Below are positions 57,421-64,000 of a stretch of 64,000 nt of DNA, piece by piece. The notes under the pieces are model-generated. The model saw only the letters and a list, made by a program, of their open reading frames with translations. It did not search any database and had not been told where the DNA came from. The stretch covers positions 868,001 through 932,000 of the forward strand of contig NW_026782025.1 in the NCBI RefSeq assembly GCF_031769215.1, given 5' to 3'. The position numbers were made by a program, and so were the translations under genes. Within the stretch, counting starts at the first letter, position 1, and each line of letters begins with the position of its first letter. The stretch comes from Ylistrum balloti. Taxonomy: Eukaryota.

Positions 57421-59090
57421 ACGCTATTGTTCACCATATCAGATACAATCCACTATGTTCTCCATACCCATACTTCGAAAATTTAAATATTTAGAATGTT
57501 TTTACCTTCGTGATTTTTCTAAACACTAAATGAGCTACATATCGATATTAAGATGATGTAAAACTTGACAAAGATGTGTCATCTCGGTTTTGTGAGATGC
57601 TGACAAACTACTACTTTTATCATTACAGTATTTTAGAAGAAGATAACAGTCTATAAAGCATGAAACTTACCGCGAAGCGACAGTGTTTTATGTGTGTGTG
57701 TTCCATTACAGTTTTCCTCTGTCCTTTATAAGTAGCATGTTCCCCAATTATTAATGTTAACTTGCATTCTTAAAAAATTGATACACTAGCGAGGAAGAAA
57801 CTCGTTGCATTTTGGGGCTTAGAAAAAACAATGGTATTCCGGACAAGTGCCCGAACTATTATGGCAGGGTGGATCACGCGCTCGCTCTCTTTTATAGATC
57901 TTATTCACTTTTTTTACTTTATTTCTCACATTCTGCTCTAGTGTACATGCTTTGTCAGAGAGCACGACATTCAATCAACTTTTCTAACCCCCATAACCTA
58001 AATGATACAAGTCCGTATACACACGTTGTACATATTTAGAATTTAGATAGGTGTGCCAATAACTTGGGGATAGAGTTGTTTAATGTACAAAGAAACCCCG
58101 TGATCAACAGACGTCTATCAACATACCTGATCGTGACTGGACCACACCCAACATGCTGTCGAAACCAGGTAGTTTGCGGTCACCATTCAACTTGATAACC
58201 TACATTCAAAATTATTTTTGCGATTATCTAATGTAATATATCGATGCTGCTAAATTCTGGCAACTGGAAAATTTTCGCTGAGCATGTCAATAAATTACTC
58301 TGATTATAGTTTACAGTACTCGTAAAAAACAATAACACGGAAAAAACACACACGCACACACCACCATACAAAACACAACAAAGAAGAAACCGATGAAGAA
58401 GAAGACGAAGAAGAAAAACAGCAGGCGGCTGATAGATGTAATTACATTACTTCGTAAAATATTGAGAATGATAGTCTTTTCGCGCAACTGAATATCGAAG
58501 TGGCTATAAAGGATTTCTCCTCACTACGAGACAAATATCGTCTTTTCTACATGTAGGGCAACAAATTTAAGTAACGTAATAACGAAAAGTTAGGACTTGA
58601 AGCTGGCGTGGTCTAAAACTATTCAGTATAACTGCAGGACCCACGGTTCCAATAACTTCAAATTATTTTAGTGAATATGAATATTATCAGGCTGATATTG
58701 AAATTTTATCCATGACGACAGTCGCCGAAAATATGTCCCTTGATCATCGTATGTTTGGTTCTATTTATAGATTCAAAGTTTTCCTTGGTCTTATTTCATA
58801 AAACTTTTATTCTGATCACGTAAGGAGACAATCTTTACATTCCAATGCAACAGAATTAAATCAATATCTCAATAATGTTTAGGACGACATGGCCTCTAAC
58901 TGTCTAATCACATTTCATGAGGTCTTAGAAATGTGGGTATATCAGGTAACGAAAAGGGTGACAGTGTCGCCAAAGCAGATTTTATATCCATATTTTGATA
59001 CTAAACTCAATTTTCAGATTTTGAACTTTTTGACACAATATTTGCTCACAGTTGGAAACCAATTGCAATAAGTGTTTAGAAAACAACTTA

Positions 59091-60743
59091 CAGTCAATCA
59101 AATTCAAATTCATTTATTGACTTTGAGCTTTACAGCTCATCAGTATGTACACAATACATATAAATACAGTGGCAGGCAATGCAATACCGCAGTGGAGAAT
59201 GGACAGAAAATGCATGTAGTTACATATATTTTAACATTATATCATGCTATTCCTCAACTGGGTGGCATCATATATATATTTACTTAACATGGTTAATTCT
59301 TTAAAGTTCGTTGTACTCAATAATTGTATCAGCTTGAAAACTGATGGTTTTTTCCAGTAATACAATTTTATACGTCTCTCTCTTAAAGCTTGATAAAATG
59401 GACAAATAAACAAAAAATGATATTCGTCTTCAATATCTTCAGAATTACAAATTCTGCATATACGTTCATTTCTAACAATGTTTCGGTATCTCCCGGTTTC
59501 ACTATACAGCATATGCGCTGATAAACGTAATCTAGTTAGAGTAATTCTATTTCGCTTTGGTATATATTTACATAAATATTGTTGCAATGTTAAATTATCA
59601 ACTAAATGTCTATACAAAAAACATTTCGAGGAATTCTCTAATATTTCAAACAATTCTTGCCGTGCATTATCAAAGATTCTCTGTTTAACAATTGGCAGGG
59701 CAACAGACGGGTTCACATTGTGTTGATTCTAAGCCAAGACCGAGTAAAAAAAGTTTGTCTTTCACAAAAGTTACCCAATTAAAAACAGTATTTCGCTGTG
59801 GCATATACATGAGTTCATCATAAGCAGTTTTAAGAACACAGTTCTTAGTATTTAAAAGCTTGAACCAGTATTTAATTAAATTATAATGTCTGGTATGTAC
59901 AATTGGAAGTCTACCCAATTCAAAATAGATCATTACATTGCATGTTGACTTCTTAACACATAATATCCTTTTGCAAAATTCCAGGTGAACTTTCTCAATA
60001 TCTATGCCTTTGCACGAGCCCCATACCTCAGATGCGTAACACAGTATACTGTTAACATATGTATCAAAAAGTTTAATCAAGGTATGGCAGTTTAAATTCA
60101 AATTTTTACATTTTGTATATAAGGCAAATATTGACTTTCGACCTTGCCCGGATAATTGCTTTTGTACAACATTAAATTTATTGTTCCATTTAAAAACGAT
60201 ACCTAGATAAGTAAACTGTTCAACGACTTCTAATTTGTTTCCATCGAAGAACCATTCCTCGTTATTACGTAAGCGGCCTCCATTTCTAAAGACAAAAATC
60301 TTAGTTTTTGCCGTGTTAACGGTCAATTTCCATGAATTCGCATATATAGACAAACTAATTAACATATTCTGTAGCTCATTGGCTGATTCTGCAAGTAGCA
60401 CCAAATCATCCGCATACATTAATAAAAAGAGACTGAGTTCTCCAAACTCATACGGCCTAATACCGTTAGCAATAAAGTAATTTTCAAAATCATTTACATA
60501 CATTGAAAACATAATTGGGGATAAAATTTCCCCTTGGGCGAGACCCATATTGTTTACAAAAAAATCGGAACATCTTCCCTTAGATGAGACACATGTCTTA
60601 ACTTTTTTATACATAGCTTTCAAAATTAATAGCAGCCTTCCTCGAACTCCTAATTTTGACAATTTATACCACAATTTACAACGATCGACAGAGTCGAACG
60701 CTTTCGTGTAGTCAACAAAACAGCAGTCAATCGAACTTCAAAT
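59091..60743 (-). mobile_element. 5'-truncated RTE-X-like LINE (RT plus C-terminal Cys/His region), with one frameshift and target-site duplication
   Basis: CCFVDYTKAFDSVDR, GLAQGEILSPIMF, LMYADDLVL and YLGIVF (ORF 59685-60674). After a frameshift near 59730 comes LRLSAH..ETGRY..RICRIC..EDEYHFLFICP (59237-59716). The 3' end has AATAAA plus a (TTTGAA)-like tail, and an imperfect ~19-bp direct repeat flanks both ends. Confidence 0.88.
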
Positions 60744-61766
60744 CAATTAATTGCTTCCAAGCTATTAAGAAAGGCCCCGGGACAGGGTTGTCCCTGCCAG
60801 ACTCTGAATGAGTCATTTACAAAATAATGCATTCCTATTGACCAAAGTGTTGGATTTGTATCGTTTGCAGGGTATACTGTATGAATACATTGTACAAGCA
60901 TGGTTCAGATTATCGAGGATTGAAGAATAAAAATGAAAACGGAAACAATGAATAGTTTTAATTGCTATCCCCTTCGTCCCGAGTAGCCGGTGTAAAATTC
61001 GCCAACCCAATTGTGCCTTAACTTACACAATCAGGGATTTTGTTAAACATTTATTTTCTTGATACCTACGTTCCAAACAGAACACATTCTTCTGTGTTTG
61101 CACAAAAACTTGTGAACCAAAAACAAAAGATATCTGGGTAGCTGTGTAACATTGTGACCTTGGACCGCAGTATACTGGTGTTATGGGTGAAACAGGATTC
61201 GTTTAGCAGCAAGTTCCGTCGTGGCACAATCAACATTCTCAACATGGCGTCTGGTGACCAATCAAGTTCGCCGTCTTTATAACCTTACATATCATGTCGT
61301 TATCTTCGTGTTTTGACCGAGAGTCCGCGGTTTGAGACCGTACCTCATTCTTCAAATCGAAAGTATACGAATTTACACCATATCACATACAACCACATGC
61401 AAATATATGAGTAATAATATACAGGGCAGCAACGTTTCAACAGTTACAAAAACTGTATTTTCAAATAAACACATACAGATATCAATCATAGTTTATGTAC
61501 AAAACTTTATAACCGAGGCGCTCCCTCCCCTCCAAAGCCTCATTGGTGACTCCGGCGTATAGAAATGGGGGTCAGAAAAGACATGAACTCTACAGTCGGC
61601 TGTTTCTAAAACTACCCCATTTAAGGGATTGCGCTTCATAAAGTTTGCCCGTAAAGTGTACGCCTAATTTTAGTTTTTGATTAAATCTGGTTCCTCCTGA
61701 AGGAAGTTGTTTCCCCACCCATAATATTTGAAATAATCACTTTGTTATTCATCCTTGGTGGTTTGT

Positions 61767-61776
61767 TATATAAAAG
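61767..61776 (+). promoter_or_regulatory. Putative TATA box of gene G
   Basis: TATATAAAAG about 90 nt upstream of the ATG at 61858. Confidence 0.6.
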
Positions 61777-61857
61777 AACGACGACTTGTTTCTGCAGCAT
61801 TATATACCTTCCAGGCCACACACTCTTACAGACTACACTCATCAAACGCTGTCCGCC

Positions 61858-64000
61858 ATGCTGACGCTGATCGTCGTCGCCGCTTTCTTCGCGGGGGTAC
61901 GGACAGAGTCACTGTGTCCCCAAACATCCTCCGTCGCCTGGGTGGAGGACAAAACCGATTGTTCTAGTTTCTATATGTGCTACCAAGGACGACATTTTAA
62001 GTACATATGTCCATCAGGTCTCGTTTGGGAACCGGACAGCCGGATGTGCGTCATCAAGGGATCAGCCGAGGATAAATGTACGCATGCTCATTTAGGCAAT
62101 GATAATATGTAAGATCCGGTCTTGGTAGAGCTTTCTAAACAACATTTTCAGATCTTCAGCATGCAATTTAACGAGGATGATCTGAGTTCGAACTGAAACC
62201 ATTATTTTTTTTTCTTAATTACCACTCCTTTGACATCTTCTAGATCACTTAGCCAGAGTTTTAATGATATTTACAAGTGTTCCGTAAACCATCTGTGTGT
62301 AAAGAGTATCCACGGTCCATTAAATTGCGATCTAAATATGACATGTACTTATTTTTCAGGCACGACTCCAGCTAAAGTCCAAAAGCCGTGTGTGTCCGGC
62401 GTCCGTGCACGTGAGTCACATCAGGAGAACTGTGCCAAATATTATGAATGTGGCGTGTCGCGTGTCGCAGGACCCAGTACTCCTACCCTGATGGAATGTC
62501 CATACCCTCTCCTCTTTGATGAACAGAAGGATCGCTGCGAGTTTCCAGAAACTGTGAAATGTGACAACCGGGTGGAACCTACAGATCCATGTAAGTATGG
62601 GCAACTTGTTTAAACCACCAACAATGTTATTTGCAACGATGATTTCTTGAACTTTATATAATTTAGTTCGGACAGTGCTAATTAAACGTAAACCAAGCTA
62701 AAAGTGTGTCCAAGTTTTCCACAGAAACATGAGGTGATCTGACAGACACAATTACTAACACACATATTTATCTTTTTTCAAACTTTTACTAGAATAATTA
62801 CAAAGCAAATATATGAGTGTTGAGACATTTTTATATCTGTAATTGACCGACAATGTCAGTTTCTACAATCGGAACTTTCTGCTCTTATGTTCCATGTTTA
62901 TATCTGTAATTGACCGACAATGTCAGTTTCTACAATCGGAACTTTCTACTCTTATGTTCCATGTTTATATCTGTAATTGACCGACAATGTCAGTTTCTAC
63001 AATCGGAACTTTCTACTCTTATGTTCCATGTTTATATCTGTAATTGACCGACAATGTCAGTTTCTACAATCGGAACTTTCTACTCTTATGTTCCATGTTT
63101 TTATCTGTAATTTGACCGACAATGTCAGTTTCTACAATCGGAACTTTCTACTCTTATGTTCCATGTTTATATCTGTAATTGACCGACAATGTCAGTTTCT
63201 ACAATCGGAACTTTCTACTCTTATGTTCCATGTTTATATCTGTAATTGACCGACAATGTCAGTTTCTACAATCGGAACTTTCTACTCTTATGTTCCATGT
63301 TTATATCTGTAATTGACCGACAATGTCAGTTTCTACAATCGGAACTTTCTACTCTTATGTTCCATGTTTTTATCTGTAATTGACCGGCAATGTCAGTTTC
63401 TACCATCGGAACACTTGCCTCTAAGGAAAATATGAAACAGACCAATTATAATTAGATTTAGGTACATATTATCATTATTATAAACTCCTAGTTTTTCTTA
63501 TCTGTTTTCTTTAACAAGACTTTAAATATTGACTGAGGTAAAAGGTCAACATTGGCTATGATCGGTTATATGTGGAAATTGCTTAGTCTCGATTCAATGA
63601 GGCCAGTCGTTGTTTAGACGTTGGCGGTACCAGAGAGGTTGTGTTATATACATGTTTATCATATATTGTATGAATTTCCAGTTGATATGTGATTCATGGA
63701 ACGAGACTGGAAACATGATTTCAACAAGCTGAGTAGATTGTGGCGAGTTTCATAAATAACGAAAGAAATATAAGTATCATCCTTGTTACGTCACGGTGCA
63801 ATTGAGGAGTATGTGACGTCACATTATCTAAAGCTGACGTCACAATAGGTTGTGGCACATCTGTGAAATTCGGGAAATATTGCATGTGTAAATTCTCTGA
63901 ATAACAAGACAATCATGTGACAAAAGTATATTTCAAAACTGTCTGTCTTATTTTAGGCGAATATGACGTCAACAAGTGTGAAAGTGCAGATTGTCCGCCA
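61858..64000 (+). CDS. Gene G: secreted CBM14-like chitin-binding paralogue (third exon runs off the window)
   Basis: Exons 61858-62077 (donor T|GTACGC), 62360-62590 and 63957->64000 (CEYDVNKCESADCPP..), phase-1. Signal MLTLIVVAAFFAGVRT; DKTDCSSFYMC; NCAKYYEC..ECPYPLLFDE. Confidence 0.9.
62831..63411 (+). repeat. 67-bp minisatellite, ~8.6 copies, gene G intron 2
   Basis: GACCGACAATG at 62845, 62912, 62979 and onward. Confidence 0.97.

Noticed and set aside
62977-63249. 90-aa repetitive ORF
   Set aside because: Translation of the 67-bp intronic array.

Overview
AT-rich eukaryotic genomic DNA, almost certainly a mollusc and probably a bivalve (scallop/oyster-like), judged from its Helentron-type elements, Penelope/RTE-X remnants and minisatellite-rich introns. 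The left end holds the last seven coding exons of NAMPT (+, 3347-8016); the 5' exons lie outside the window. From 15421 to the right edge lies a cluster of seven paralogous 3-exon genes (A-G). Each encodes a small secreted protein (222-293 aa; G runs off the edge) with two 6-Cys chitin-binding type-2 (CBM14/peritrophin-A-like) domains, a 4-Cys linker and a reduced 4-Cys third domain. All introns are phase 1 and the genes alternate strand strictly (+,-,+,-,+,-,+). The convergent pair C/D is about 93-99% identical from inside exon 2 through the 3' UTR but only 65% identical (aa) in exon 1, which points to gene conversion within a potentially invertible repeat. About 9 kb (roughly 14%) is locus-specific minisatellite, and three NAMPT tandem repeats are anchored on splice donors. 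Gene models were built by hand from GT-AG sites and frame continuity. Family assignments rest on motif recall and were not searched against any database.
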